The notes beneath the pieces are model-generated. The model ran no database searches. It was given only the letters and a program-made list of their open reading frames with translations, and was not told where the DNA came from. A DNA stretch of 64,000 bases from Clostridium sp. (GTDB lineage Bacteria; Bacillota; Clostridia; Acetivibrionales; Acetivibrionaceae), in NCBI GenBank assembly GCA_012517995.1, contig JAAYTS010000141.1:3572-67571 (forward strand). Direction: 5' to 3'. Positions 29,123-39,419 of this stretch are shown piece after piece. The translations under genes and the position numbers were made by a program. Position 1 is the stretch's first letter. Each line of letters starts with the position of its first letter.

Positions 29123-30352
29123 GTGAATTATATGGATTTACTTCATACTGGAAATAACAATATCTTAACTGTTACAGCAATAAATAAGTATATAAAAGAA
29201 CTTATTTCTAAAGATTTTATTCTTTCAAATCTCTGGATTAGAGGTGAAATATCTAATTTTAAGCATCACTCTTCGGGACATATGTATTTTACATTAAAAG
29301 ATGAGAACAGCCTATTAAAGTGTGTAATGTTCAAAAACTGCAATTTAGGTCTTAAATTTACGCCTGAAAATGGAATGAAGGTTATTATAAAGGGCTATAT
29401 TTCTGTTTTTGAAAGGGATGGACAGTATCAATTGTATGCACAGGAAATGCAAAATGACGGTACTGGTAATTTACATATAGCATTTGAACAACTTAAAAAA
29501 AAGTTGTTTAATGAAGGACTGTTTGATGAAAAAATCAAAAAAAGAATACCCTTTTTGCCTGAAAATATAGGTGTGGTCACATCTTCTACAGGTTCTGTAA
29601 TCAGAGATATAATAAATGTATTAGATAGAAGATTTTATAATACCAGTGTAAAGATATATCCTGTGAGGGTGCAGGGAGAGGGAGCAGAAAAGGAAATAAG
29701 CAGAGGTATTTTAAGGTTTAATCAGCTAAAATGTGTGGATGTGATAATAATTGCAAGAGGCGGTGGTTCTTTAGAAGAATTATGGCCTTTTAATACTGAA
29801 GAAGTTGCAAGAAGCATTTTTCACTCTAACATACCTGTCATATCTGCAGTGGGACATGAGACTGATTATACCATCGCGGACTTTGTTGCAGATGTTAGGG
29901 CACCAACTCCTTCTGCTGCAGCAGAACTGGTTATTCCAGAAAAAATTGCAATTGAAAATAGAATAAGAGAACTGCATTTAAGGCTAGCTAACTCACTTAA
30001 GAGTAATTTGAAATTAAAAAGAGAAAGGCTTTTAAAAATTCAAAACTCAGCTCCTTTAAGACAGCCTTATGACAGAATATATCAAGAGAGAATGAGACTG
30101 GACATTTTAAACAGGGATATAAAGAAGGCCATTTTAGTTAAACATGAAAGATTGGCAGCTAAATATAATTTTTTGGTTGGAAAACTTGATACATTAAGCC
30201 CTTTAGCTGTACTGTCAAAAGGCTATGGATTATTAAAGTCTAATGAAAAGAAAATCTTAATAAAATCAATAGAAGATGTTGATGTTGGTGATGAAATAGA
30301 AGTTAGTTTGAAAGATGGAAAGATAATTTGTTCTGTTCTTTCAAAAGAGTAA
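29123..30352 (+). CDS. xseA: Exodeoxyribonuclease VII large subunit
   Basis: GEISNF..HSSGHMYFTLKD, ARGGGSLEEL, GHETD, RAPTPSAAAE. Confidence 0.97.
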   Translation: MNYMDLLHTGNNNILTVTAINKYIKELISKDFILSNLWIRGEISNFKHHSSGHMYFTLKDENSLLKCVMFKNCNLGLKFTPENGMKVIIKGYISVFERDGQYQLYAQEMQNDGTGNLHIAFEQLKKKLFNEGLFDEKIKKRIPFLPENIGVVTSSTGSVIRDIINVLDRRFYNTSVKIYPVRVQGEGAEKEISRGILRFNQLKCVDVIIIARGGGSLEELWPFNTEEVARSIFHSNIPVISAVGHETDYTIADFVADVRAPTPSAAAELVIPEKIAIENRIRELHLRLANSLKSNLKLKRERLLKIQNSAPLRQPYDRIYQERMRLDILNRDIKKAILVKHERLAAKYNFLVGKLDTLSPLAVLSKGYGLLKSNEKKILIKSIEDVDVGDEIEVSLKDGKIICSVLSKE

Positions 30353-30392
30353 ACTTTGTTTTTCAATTTATATTGGAAGGTGAATAAATACA

Positions 30393-30614
30393 ATGGCTAA
30401 AGATAAAAAGACTTTTGAAGAGTCAATGAAAGAATTGGAAAAAATTGTAGAAGATCTTGAAAAGGGTGAAATGCCTTTAGAAACTTCAATTGAAGCTTTT
30501 CAAAAGGGTGTGGAGCTTTCAAAAAATTTAAATAAAATCCTTGATGAAATGGAAAAGAAAATAACAATATTAATAGAAGATGAAGAGGGGACAATTAAAG
30601 AAGAGAATTTTTAA
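30393..30614 (+). CDS. xseB: Exodeoxyribonuclease VII small subunit
   Basis: FEESMKELEKIVEDLEKGEMPLE. Confidence 0.96.
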   Translation: MAKDKKTFEESMKELEKIVEDLEKGEMPLETSIEAFQKGVELSKNLNKILDEMEKKITILIEDEEGTIKEENF

Positions 30615-30665
30615 AACCAGCTTTAAAAATTTGTCTACAATGGCAAATTTGAGAGTATGTGTTAG

Positions 30666-30694
30666 TTGCACAAAGTGATTAAATATGATATAAT
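30666..30694 (+). promoter_or_regulatory. Sigma-A promoter upstream of the OLE RNA
   Basis: TTGCAC-N17-TATAAT with extended -10 TG. Confidence 0.72.
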
Positions 30695-30749
30695 TCTTTA
30701 ACACAACCACAGGTAATACAGTATTTTATATATAATAGAGCAACTTAAA

Positions 30750-31340
30750 CAGGATGGAGCAGTATTCTAGTCAGTACTGCCAGTTTTGAAGACGGGGCTA
30801 AAAATCCGTTAAGGGCACATCGATGAAGTTCCTGGTGTTGGCTTGTTACGCCCAGTAGTGGGCTGATGCTGGGAGTTAAGGTTTAGGGGCAATCTGCAAG
30901 GGCATGCGGAAGCTGTCCCCTTTACCGTGGAGACCCTATTACGTGGAAAATACAATAATTTGTTGACTACGGATAGGGAGTAAACCTGTTATGCGGTACG
31001 TAAAGTGCTGTGAACAGCGTAGCCTGCCTTGAGTGGTGTTGGCGGATAACGGTCAGGTGTAGAAGTATTGGCCGATACTTATACGCTAATGCAGTTTGAA
31101 ACCAACATTGCAAAAGAGGCTAGAAACTGGTAAGACTGTTGAGGAAATCTCCTAGACTGTTCTTAAAAAGAGGTATGCTGGGGATTGAAGTGTGGACTAA
31201 GTGGTAATCAGGCCCCATATTTGGAAACAATATGGCTGAGCTCTTAAAGGGAAACCGCTGATTTGGCGACATTTCAGTGAGTTCAGTGGAAATCAAGCTT
31301 GACCTAAGCCGCAAAATTTACTCAGCATATTTCCATCCTG
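30750..31340 (+). ncRNA. ole: OLE (ornate, large, extremophilic) RNA
   Basis: About 590-nt GC-richer island with no credible ORF, closed by CAGGATGGA/TCCATCCTG. Contains OLE-typical segments as I recall them (TATTCTAGTCAG, CTAAAAATCCG, GGGCACATCGATGAAGTTCCTGGTG, GCTGGGAGTTAAGG, GTAGCCTGCCTTGAGTG, GTGTGGACTAAGTGGTAATC). Lies directly upstream of oapA and dxs. Confidence 0.93.
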
Positions 31341-31379
31341 TGTTATATATAAATTCACATTAGGAGGAAGGCAGTTTAA

Positions 31380-31979
31380 GTGGAGGAACACAGTAAAAGC
31401 TCTAATAATGGTAAAAAGATTAAGTTTAAAACAAATTCAATTGTTGGATCTAAAAAGGAAAACACACAGTGGATTATATTTATTATCTTTCTAACATTTT
31501 TTCTGTCTGCGACAATTTCTGTAATTTCTTCTACTTTATTAGAAAACGTTGGAATAATCATTTCTTTTTTAATATTATTGATTATAATAATAATTGGTAT
31601 AGTTTTTGATATAATAGGTATAGCAATAACCACAGCAGAGGAAGCGCCTTTTCATTCAATGGCATCTAGAAAACTTTATGGTGCTAAGCAGGCAATTAAA
31701 CTTATAAGAAATGCAAACAAAGCTTCTACCATATGCAATGATGTAATAGGAGATATTTGCGGAGTTATAAGTGGAGCTGCAAGTAGTTATATAATAATAA
31801 CCATATCTAAAACAGCAAATTTAACGACATCAACTATTGTGGGATTTAGTTTGACAGGTCTTGTGGCAGCGGCTACAATAGGAGGTAAGGCAATAGGAAA
31901 AACCTTCGCTTTAAAATACAATAATTATATTACATATAAAGTGGGTATAGCTTTAAATTTTGTATCTAAAAAGAAATAA
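31380..31979 (+). CDS. oapA: OLE-associated protein A (DUF21/CNNM-like membrane protein)
   Basis: About 200 aa, 3-4 TM helices, FDIIGIA..A.E.PFHSMASRK and CNDVIGDICG (DxxxD) motifs; directly downstream of ole. Confidence 0.92.
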   Translation: MEEHSKSSNNGKKIKFKTNSIVGSKKENTQWIIFIIFLTFFLSATISVISSTLLENVGIIISFLILLIIIIIGIVFDIIGIAITTAEEAPFHSMASRKLYGAKQAIKLIRNANKASTICNDVIGDICGVISGAASSYIIITISKTANLTTSTIVGFSLTGLVAAATIGGKAIGKTFALKYNNYITYKVGIALNFVSKKK

Positions 31980-32021
31980 TAAAGAAATTTTAAAAAAGCT
32001 TGAAAGTGAGATGAAAATTAG

Positions 32022-33926
32022 TTGCAAAATATACTAGATTGTATAAATTCTCCTGATGATATAAAAAAGCTTAGCTACGAACAGCTTAAGGAATTAGCTT
32101 CTTCAATAAGATCTTTTTTAATAGAGAAGATATCTAAAACAGGAGGACATTTAGCACCTAATTTAGGTGTAGTTGAACTTACCTTAGCTCTGCACAGAGT
32201 GTTTTGTACACCTGATGATAAAATTATATGGGATGTAGGTCACCAATGCTATATACATAAAATTATAACAGGCAGAAAAGACATGTTTGATACCATGCGT
32301 CAATTAAATGGTTTATCGGGATTTCCAAAAGTTAATGAAAGTCCCCATGATGCTTTTAACACTGGTCACAGCAGTACATCAATTTCAGCTGCCTTAGGTA
32401 TTGCAAAAGCCAGGGATATAAAAAAAGAAAAGTATTCTGTTATTGCAGTGATAGGCGATGGTGCACTGACAGGGGGCATGGCATTTGAAGCCCTTAATGA
32501 TGCAGGAAGGTCTTTTAATGACCTTATTGTTATATTAAATGATAATGAAATGTCCATATCTAAAAATGTAGGCGGTCTTTCTAAATATTTAAATAAAATA
32601 CGTACAGAGCCCTTTTACTATAAAGTAAAAGAAGATATTGATATTATATTAAATAAAATTCCGGCAATAGGTAAAAGTGCAGTAAGAGCTCTTGACAGAG
32701 TTAAGGGTTCTATAAAATATATGATAATGCCAGGAATAATATTTGAAGAACTTGGATTTAAATACATAGGTCCAATTGATGGACACAATATGGAAGAGCT
32801 AGAAAATGTACTAAATAAAGCAAAAGGCATTAAAGGTCCGGTTTTTATACATGTATGCACTCAAAAGGGAAAAGGATATTATCATGCAGAAGAAAATCCA
32901 GATGTATTTCATGGAATTGCACCATTTGAAATAGAATCAGGAGAAGTTATTTCAAATGGCGGACCAAGTCATTCAAGTATTTTTGGGGAAGAGTTAGTTG
33001 AAATTGCAAATGAAAACGAAAAAATTGTTGCTATTACTGCTGCAATGCCAAATGGTACAGGATTAGATACATTTTCTAAAAAATATCCAGACAGGTTCTT
33101 TGATGTGGGAATTGCTGAACAACATGCAGTTACCTTTGCGGCAGGACTTGCCCGAAATGGCTTGGTGCCTGTATTTGCTGTGTACTCCTCTTTTTTACAA
33201 AGAGCTTATGATCAGGTACTTCATGATGTAGCTATTCAAAAGTTACATGTTGTTTTTGCTATTGACAGGGCAGGTATTGTGGGGGAAGATGGGGAAACAC
33301 ATCAGGGTATATATGATATATCTTTTTTAAGGCATATTCCCAATATGACTATTATGGCACCATGTGATTATAATGAGTTTAGAAAGATGATAAGGTATGC
33401 TGTTGAAGCTTTTGAGGGACCTATAGCAATAAGATATCCTAGGGGATGTGGACCTGAAAAATTATTTGAAAGTCCTGATATTGAATTAGGACAGCCTGTT
33501 CTTTTAAGAGAAGGTGAGGATATATCAATAATAGCTGTAGGAAATAAAGTAAAAGTTGCCTTAGAAGTTGCTGATTTATTAGAAAAGATGGATTTGTCAG
33601 CAGATGTTATTTATTCACGTTTTATAAAACCTATAAATCCAGAGCCAATAATTAATTCTGCAACTAAAACTGGAAAAATTATAACCATTGAAGACAATAC
33701 TGTTGAAGGTGGTTTTGGAAGCAAGATTCTTGAACTTATAAATGAAAGTGGCATAAATGTTAAAACAAAAGTTTTTGGGTATCCAGACAAGTTTATTTGT
33801 CATGGTTCTAAAAACCAATTAGAAAAAATATTTGGATTGGATGCAAAATCAATTTTTGAAAATGTGCTAAAAATGTTTAATAAGTGCATGAGTGTAAAAG
33901 ATGAATTTGGAGGGAATTTAATTTGA
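32022..33926 (+). CDS. dxs: 1-deoxy-D-xylulose-5-phosphate synthase
   Basis: GGHLAPNLG, WDVGHQ, GHSSTSISA, GDGALTGG, DVGIAEQHA, DGETHQG. Confidence 0.97.
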   Translation: MQNILDCINSPDDIKKLSYEQLKELASSIRSFLIEKISKTGGHLAPNLGVVELTLALHRVFCTPDDKIIWDVGHQCYIHKIITGRKDMFDTMRQLNGLSGFPKVNESPHDAFNTGHSSTSISAALGIAKARDIKKEKYSVIAVIGDGALTGGMAFEALNDAGRSFNDLIVILNDNEMSISKNVGGLSKYLNKIRTEPFYYKVKEDIDIILNKIPAIGKSAVRALDRVKGSIKYMIMPGIIFEELGFKYIGPIDGHNMEELENVLNKAKGIKGPVFIHVCTQKGKGYYHAEENPDVFHGIAPFEIESGEVISNGGPSHSSIFGEELVEIANENEKIVAITAAMPNGTGLDTFSKKYPDRFFDVGIAEQHAVTFAAGLARNGLVPVFAVYSSFLQRAYDQVLHDVAIQKLHVVFAIDRAGIVGEDGETHQGIYDISFLRHIPNMTIMAPCDYNEFRKMIRYAVEAFEGPIAIRYPRGCGPEKLFESPDIELGQPVLLREGEDISIIAVGNKVKVALEVADLLEKMDLSADVIYSRFIKPINPEPIINSATKTGKIITIEDNTVEGGFGSKILELINESGINVKTKVFGYPDKFICHGSKNQLEKIFGLDAKSIFENVLKMFNKCMSVKDEFGGNLI

Positions 33927-34720
33927 AAAAGGAGAGACTGGACGTGCTCCTTGTTCAAAAAGGCTACTTTGACAGCAGGGAGAAAGCTAAAAGTTCAATA
34001 ATGGCAGGTGTGGTTTTTGTAGATGATAATAAAGAAGATAAGCCTGGAACTAAGGTTAATATAGATTCTAAAATATTTATAAAAGAAAATGTTCATCCTT
34101 ATGTGAGCAGGGGAGGTCTTAAATTAGAAAAGGCAATAAAAGTTTTTAACATTAATTTAAGTGAAAAAATTGCAATTGATATAGGGGCTTCAACTGGTGG
34201 TTTTACTGATTGTATGCTAAAAAACGGTGCAAAAAAAGTTTTTGCAATTGATGTGGGCTATGGACAGCTTGCCTGGCAGCTTAGGAATGATGAACGTGTA
34301 GTGTGTATGGAAAGAACAAATATAAGATATGTGACTTTAGATAAAATAGGTGTTTTGGCGGATTTTGCATCAATAGATGTGTCATTTATCTCTTTAAAAA
34401 AAGTAATACCTGTGGCAATGAACCTTTTAAAAGAAGATGGTGAAATTTTATGCCTTATAAAGCCTCAATTTGAAGCTGGAAAGGACAAGGTAGGTAAAAA
34501 TGGGGTGGTACGTGATAAAGATACACATAGGGAGGTTATAGAAGATATTTTAAATTTTTCATTAGAATGTGGTCTTAAAATAAAAGGTCTTGACTTTTCA
34601 CCTATAAAAGGCCCTGAGGGAAATATTGAGTTTTTGGCGTATCTTTCTAAAATAGAAGGCAGCATTTCTTTTGATGCTAAAAAAGTTGTAGATAAATCCC
34701 ATGAAGATTTAATAATTTAA
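33923..34720 (+). CDS. tlyA: TlyA family rRNA methyltransferase
   Basis: S4 domain ERLDVLL, VSRGGLKL, DIGASTGGFTD, DVSFISL, LIKPQFE, GPEGNIEF. Confidence 0.95.
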   Translation: MKKERLDVLLVQKGYFDSREKAKSSIMAGVVFVDDNKEDKPGTKVNIDSKIFIKENVHPYVSRGGLKLEKAIKVFNINLSEKIAIDIGASTGGFTDCMLKNGAKKVFAIDVGYGQLAWQLRNDERVVCMERTNIRYVTLDKIGVLADFASIDVSFISLKKVIPVAMNLLKEDGEILCLIKPQFEAGKDKVGKNGVVRDKDTHREVIEDILNFSLECGLKIKGLDFSPIKGPEGNIEFLAYLSKIEGSISFDAKKVVDKSHEDLII

Positions 34721-34776
34721 TACTATTAAAAAACTATAAAAAAATATATTTACTCTGTTATTTTCTGAATAATTTA

Positions 34777-34805
34777 TTGTGAATTAGTAATGTTTATGAT
34801 ATAAT
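34777..34805 (+). promoter_or_regulatory. Sigma-A promoter of the LRR gene
   Basis: TTGTGA-N17-TATAAT with extended -10 TG, about 150 nt upstream of the ATG. Confidence 0.6.
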
Positions 34806-34957
34806 TAGCACGTAAAGTATGTTTTTTATGCTAATGATAGTTTGATAAAAATCAGAAAAACTACTTTCTTTTTTTGCTTCACTAGAAAATTTTTATCCAA
34901 GTGTTAGTTTGTGTTCTAAGGGGTAAATATAACTGTATTCAAGGAGGGTGATTTATT

Positions 34958-36142
34958 ATGACAAAGCGACAAGAAGTTGATTCTATTATTTCAGAAGTAT
35001 ACAATGCAGATGCAAAACCACCGAAGAAGAAAAAGGTTTTAAAAACTGTATTATTTATTTTTTTAGTTATTGTACTTATGGGAGGAACAGTTTTAGCAAC
35101 AACTTTTTATTATGAAAATTATATTGTGCCAGGTGACAAAAAGGTATCAATTGTAGAACCGGAAGCTGCGGATTATCCTGGTTTTATTGCAGAACAAGTA
35201 AAGACAGGGAAAATCGGCATAGATGAGGTTGAAGGTTTTTTTGATGAAAGTAATACATCTATCATTAGAAAGAAAGCAGGTTTAATTGATTTTTCTGATA
35301 AAAATCTAGAAAATAAAATTAGAGAGAAAATTGACAAAAAAACTGGGGTTATATTTGATTCAGATGTATCCCAAATAAAATCATTGGATTTTAGTGATTC
35401 TTCAATTCAAAATCTTGACGGATTGGAATTTTTAGTAAATTTAACAGAGTTAAATTTAAATAACAACTACATAAAGGATTTAAGTCCTATTGAAAAACTT
35501 ACTAATTTAGCTTATGTAAATTTATCTCAAAATCTAATAACGGATATAGATGCTTTAGAAGGAATGACCAATTTAAAGGAACTAGATTTAAGTTATAACT
35601 TTATTGATGATATAAATGCCCTAAGTAAATTAATTTCTTTAAACAGTTTAAATCTTAAGGGGAATCAAATTAAAAATATTTCTCCTTTAATTGAATTGAC
35701 TTCTTTAAAAGTTTTAATTCTTGCAGAAAATGATATTTCAGATGTAAGCTCACTTAGCAATTTATCTGATTTAATTACCCTTGAACTTAATGACAACCAG
35801 ATAACCAGTATTTATGGTTTAGATGGTTTAACCAATGTTTATGAATTGAAATTACATAATAATAAAATTGAAGATATAAGCCCACTTAGCGGATTTACAA
35901 ATTTAAGAAAATTAGACATATATAACAACTTAGTTTCAGATATAAGTGTTTTAGATAATTTTACTTTATTAGAAGAAGTGCGTGTTGAACGTAATCCTAT
36001 AAGCGATTTTGAGAGATTGAAAAAATACAAACAAATTACAGTTGAAGATGAAGAGTTTGAAGCAAATGAAGCAAGTGAATCAAATCAAGAGATTGTTGAA
36101 GTAAATGAATTAGATGAAGAAAATGAAACAGATGGAGATTAG
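34958..36142 (+). CDS. Membrane-anchored internalin-like leucine-rich repeat protein
   Basis: KKKK followed by a TM helix, an F.D..LE..IR cap, about ten 22-aa LxxLxLxxNxIxDIxxL repeats and an acidic tail. Confidence 0.9.
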   Translation: MTKRQEVDSIISEVYNADAKPPKKKKVLKTVLFIFLVIVLMGGTVLATTFYYENYIVPGDKKVSIVEPEAADYPGFIAEQVKTGKIGIDEVEGFFDESNTSIIRKKAGLIDFSDKNLENKIREKIDKKTGVIFDSDVSQIKSLDFSDSSIQNLDGLEFLVNLTELNLNNNYIKDLSPIEKLTNLAYVNLSQNLITDIDALEGMTNLKELDLSYNFIDDINALSKLISLNSLNLKGNQIKNISPLIELTSLKVLILAENDISDVSSLSNLSDLITLELNDNQITSIYGLDGLTNVYELKLHNNKIEDISPLSGFTNLRKLDIYNNLVSDISVLDNFTLLEEVRVERNPISDFERLKKYKQITVEDEEFEANEASESNQEIVEVNELDEENETDGD

Positions 36143-36159
36143 GAGTAAAGTGTTTTAAC

Positions 36160-36188
36160 GGGGCGGGGAATTTTTCTCCCGCCTCTTT
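36160..36188. terminator. GC-rich terminator between the LRR gene and bioA
   Basis: GGGGCGGGG-loop-TCCCGCCTC followed by TTT. Confidence 0.65.
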
Positions 36189-37545
36189 ATATATCTTTAA
36201 AGTACTGATTTATTGAGTCTTTACAAACCTTCACCATAAAGTCAATATCCTCATTTTCTATAATATAAGGGGGCATAAAGTATATTATGTTTCCTAATGG
36301 TCTTAAAAGAACACCTTTTTCAAGGGCTTTTTTGTATATATTGTAGCCAACTCTTTTTAAAGAGTCAAAAGGCTCTTTTGTTTTTTTATCTTTTACAAGT
36401 TCAATTGCACCTATCATGCCTATTTGACGGTATTCTCCAACTTGAGGGATGTCAAGAAGCTCTTTTTCTGCTAGTTCTTTAAGGTAAGTTTGTTTTTTTG
36501 TGTTTTTATCCAGTATTTTTTCATCTTCAAATATGTTTAAAGATTCAATTGCTACAGCACAGCCTAAGGGGTTGCCGCTATAACTGTGACTGTGTAAAAA
36601 AGCCTTCATTTTTGAATAATCATCATAAAAGGCATTATATATTTCATCTGTCATAACCACCAGGGAAAGAGGCATGTATCCTGCTGTAAGACCTTTAGAA
36701 AGACATATTATGTCTGGGGCGATACCAGCGTGTTCACAAGCAAACATTTTGCCTGTCCGTCCAAATCCAACGGCAATTTCATCTGCAATAAAGTTAATAT
36801 TGTATTTGTCGCAGAGTTTTCGAAGTTTTTTTAGGTATATAGGAGGATATATTTTCATTCCTGCTGCACATTGAACCAAAGGTTCTACAATAATAGCGCT
36901 TATTTCTTCATGGTTTTTTGAAACATCTTCTTCAATAAAGGAAAAACACTCTGCATTACAGCTGTCCCTATGTTTATTAAATTTGCAGCGGTAGCAGTCA
37001 GGACCTGTAGAACGTATAACATCAAGTAATAGAGGCTTATAAATTTTATTATATAAATCAACTCCACCAACAGAAAGTGCCCCTATAGTCTCACCATGGT
37101 AGGCATCTGTTAAAGCTACAAACCTTGTTTTTTTTGTTTTCCCAGTTTGCTGATGATATTGAAAACTTAGTTTTAATGCAATTTCAACGGCAGAAGAACC
37201 ATTATCCCCAAAAAATACTTTGTTAAGATTTTCTGGAAGTAAGCTTACAATTCTTTCTGAAAGCTCAATAGCTGGCTCATGGCTAAAGTTTGCAAAAATC
37301 ACATGTTCTAATTTATTTGCCTGTCTATATAGAGCATCATTAATGCGTTTGTGGGAGTGACCAAAAAGGTTTACCCACCAAGATGATACTGCATCTAGAT
37401 ATTTTTTGCCATTTATATCTTCTAAATAAGCACCGTTGCCCTTTTTTATAACAATGGGAGGAAAGTTTTCATAATCCTTCATCTGGGAGCAGGGGTGCCA
37501 TATATGTTTTAAGTCCTTTTCCTGTAATTTTCTCATTTTATCCAT
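36187..37545 (-). CDS. bioA: Adenosylmethionine-8-amino-7-oxononanoate aminotransferase
   Basis: [43 protein letters not shown]. Confidence 0.96.
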   Translation of the reverse strand: MDKMRKLQEKDLKHIWHPCSQMKDYENFPPIVIKKGNGAYLEDINGKKYLDAVSSWWVNLFGHSHKRINDALYRQANKLEHVIFANFSHEPAIELSERIVSLLPENLNKVFFGDNGSSAVEIALKLSFQYHQQTGKTKKTRFVALTDAYHGETIGALSVGGVDLYNKIYKPLLLDVIRSTGPDCYRCKFNKHRDSCNAECFSFIEEDVSKNHEEISAIIVEPLVQCAAGMKIYPPIYLKKLRKLCDKYNINFIADEIAVGFGRTGKMFACEHAGIAPDIICLSKGLTAGYMPLSLVVMTDEIYNAFYDDYSKMKAFLHSHSYSGNPLGCAVAIESLNIFEDEKILDKNTKKQTYLKELAEKELLDIPQVGEYRQIGMIGAIELVKDKKTKEPFDSLKRVGYNIYKKALEKGVLLRPLGNIIYFMPPYIIENEDIDFMVKVCKDSINQYFKDI

Positions 37546-37578
37546 TTTTAAAAATCATCCTTTTTTTAAAATTTTGTA

Positions 37579-38280
37579 TTAAAAACACAAGTTGAGAATT
37601 TTGTTTAAATCAATATGTTCTTTGTAGCAGTTTTTTATATCTGAAAAATCATCTGTCTTTATTTGAGGCATTACACAAACTATAGGAATGCCTGTAATTT
37701 TTGCAATTATGTCTATATTATCCTTTTGGCAAAAGTCTTTAGTGTAGCCATTTATAATTATTCCTTTAATGTTAATGCCCTTATGTTTTGCAAATTCACA
37801 AGTTAGTACAGTGTGGTTTATTGTTCCAACTCCTGCCCTTGCTACAAGTAAAACAGGCAAATTTAAATCCTTTATAAGATGGTATATATAATACTTATCT
37901 CTAATAAGAGGGACTATTAAACCTCCAGCCCCTTCAACCAGTGTATAGTGATATTTTTCTTTTAAATAATTAAAGCCTTCTATTATTTTTTTTGTATCAA
38001 TTTCAACATCTTCTAATTCAGCAGCTAGATGGGGTGAAACTTCTTCCTTTAGACAGTAGCAATTCATTTTTTCATAAGGCTCATCAATAGGGACTAGTTT
38101 TTTTATAAATTCTATATCACCAGGAATAAAAGAGGTATTTTTTTTTATTCCACCAGATTGTACTGGCTTGTAGCTACAGCATTTATAATTAGCTTTTCGA
38201 AAAGAATAGTTTAGCCCTGCAGTAATAAAGGTTTTTCCTACATCTGTATCAGTTCCGGCAATAAATATTCCCTTACCCAT
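37579..38280 (-). CDS. bioD: Dethiobiotin synthetase
   Basis: GTDTDVGKT, KPVQSG, VEGAGG, GTINHT. Confidence 0.96.
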   Translation of the reverse strand: MGKGIFIAGTDTDVGKTFITAGLNYSFRKANYKCCSYKPVQSGGIKKNTSFIPGDIEFIKKLVPIDEPYEKMNCYCLKEEVSPHLAAELEDVEIDTKKIIEGFNYLKEKYHYTLVEGAGGLIVPLIRDKYYIYHLIKDLNLPVLLVARAGVGTINHTVLTCEFAKHKGINIKGIIINGYTKDFCQKDNIDIIAKITGIPIVCVMPQIKTDDFSDIKNCYKEHIDLNKILNLCF

Positions 38281-38330
38281 TTTCTACAACCCTCCTTATC
38301 TAAATTTGAATTTTTAAACATTAAAATTTT

Positions 38331-39311
38331 CTATATGCTAAAACCTGCTTCTATTATCATGGCTTTATCTTTTTTTACATCACTTCCTGTTGTAGTGAGG
38401 TAATTGCCAGTTAGTGCTGCATTTATTCCTGCCCTAAAACCAAGGGCTTGTTTGTCTTTTAACGCCATTCTGCCACCTGCATATCTAATGTAGCAGTCTT
38501 TTAGTATAAATCTATAAACAGCCATGGTTTTTAAAATCTCCATAGGTGATAATACTTCTAAATTTTCGAGGGGAGTTCCTTTAATAGGGGTTAACACATT
38601 TACAGGTATTGATTTTATACCAAGGTTCTTTATTTCAAAGGCCATATTTATTCTGTCTTCCAAACTTTCACCCATGCCGATTATGCCCCCACAGCACACT
38701 TCTAATCCAGCTTTTTGTACATTTTCTATTGTTTTTACCCTGTCTTGATAAGTATGAGTTGTGCAGATGTTTTTATAATAGTTTTTACTTGTTTCTATAT
38801 TGTGATGGTAAGTAATAACTCCTGAATCTTTAAGTTTTTTTGCCTGCTGATAAGTTATAATGCCATGGGATGCACAAAGTTCTATATTTACATCCTTTGA
38901 AAGCCTTTTATATATTTTGGCTAATTTTTCAATATCTTCATCTTTATCAATGCCCTTTCCACTGGTGACAAGGGAAAATCTGTGAGCACCACTTTTTTTC
39001 ACTTCTAAAGCTTTTTCTAAAACTTCAGGGTATTCTAAAAGTTCATATTCTAAAACTCCTGTATTATAATGAATAGATTGGGCACAGTATTTGCAGTTTT
39101 CAGAGCATTTACCTGATTTAGCATTTAATATTGTACAAAGATCAGCCTTTTTTCCCACCAGCTTTTCACGTATTTCGTTAGCTGATTCAAATAAAACATT
39201 AAGTGTATCGGTATCCTTTTTATCTATTTTTAAAAGTTTTAAAGCTTCATCAAAAACAATATTTTCACCTTTTAAAATTCTATCCTTTAGATCCAAAATA
39301 AATTGTTTCAT
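38331..39311 (-). CDS. bioB: Biotin synthase
   Basis: Radical SAM CSENCKYC, YHHNIET, CCGGIIGMGE, RYAGGR. Confidence 0.97.
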   Translation of the reverse strand: MKQFILDLKDRILKGENIVFDEALKLLKIDKKDTDTLNVLFESANEIREKLVGKKADLCTILNAKSGKCSENCKYCAQSIHYNTGVLEYELLEYPEVLEKALEVKKSGAHRFSLVTSGKGIDKDEDIEKLAKIYKRLSKDVNIELCASHGIITYQQAKKLKDSGVITYHHNIETSKNYYKNICTTHTYQDRVKTIENVQKAGLEVCCGGIIGMGESLEDRINMAFEIKNLGIKSIPVNVLTPIKGTPLENLEVLSPMEILKTMAVYRFILKDCYIRYAGGRMALKDKQALGFRAGINAALTGNYLTTTGSDVKKDKAMIIEAGFSI

Positions 39312-39419
39312 ATTGTTATACCTCCAAATACATTTTTATTTAAAACCATTATAATAAATTATTTTTTTCTATCTTTACATAAACCCATATTGCCCAGTAA
39401 ATAAAAATACTTTTTAAAC

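Noticed and set aside
31120-31314. 64-aa minus-strand ORF
   Set aside because: Antisense shadow inside the OLE RNA.
30750-31340. Considered group I/II intron, RNase P RNA, tmRNA or rRNA fragment
   Set aside because: No hallmark motifs of those RNAs; OLE segments and oapA adjacency explain it.
34806-34957. Riboswitch in the LRR gene leader
   Set aside because: Small hairpins only; no c-di-GMP, SAM, TPP or other recognisable aptamer motif.
35380-36010. Periodic ~66-nt pattern considered as a CRISPR array or tandem repeat
   Set aside because: It is the coding periodicity of 22-aa LRRs; there are no identical repeats with unique spacers.
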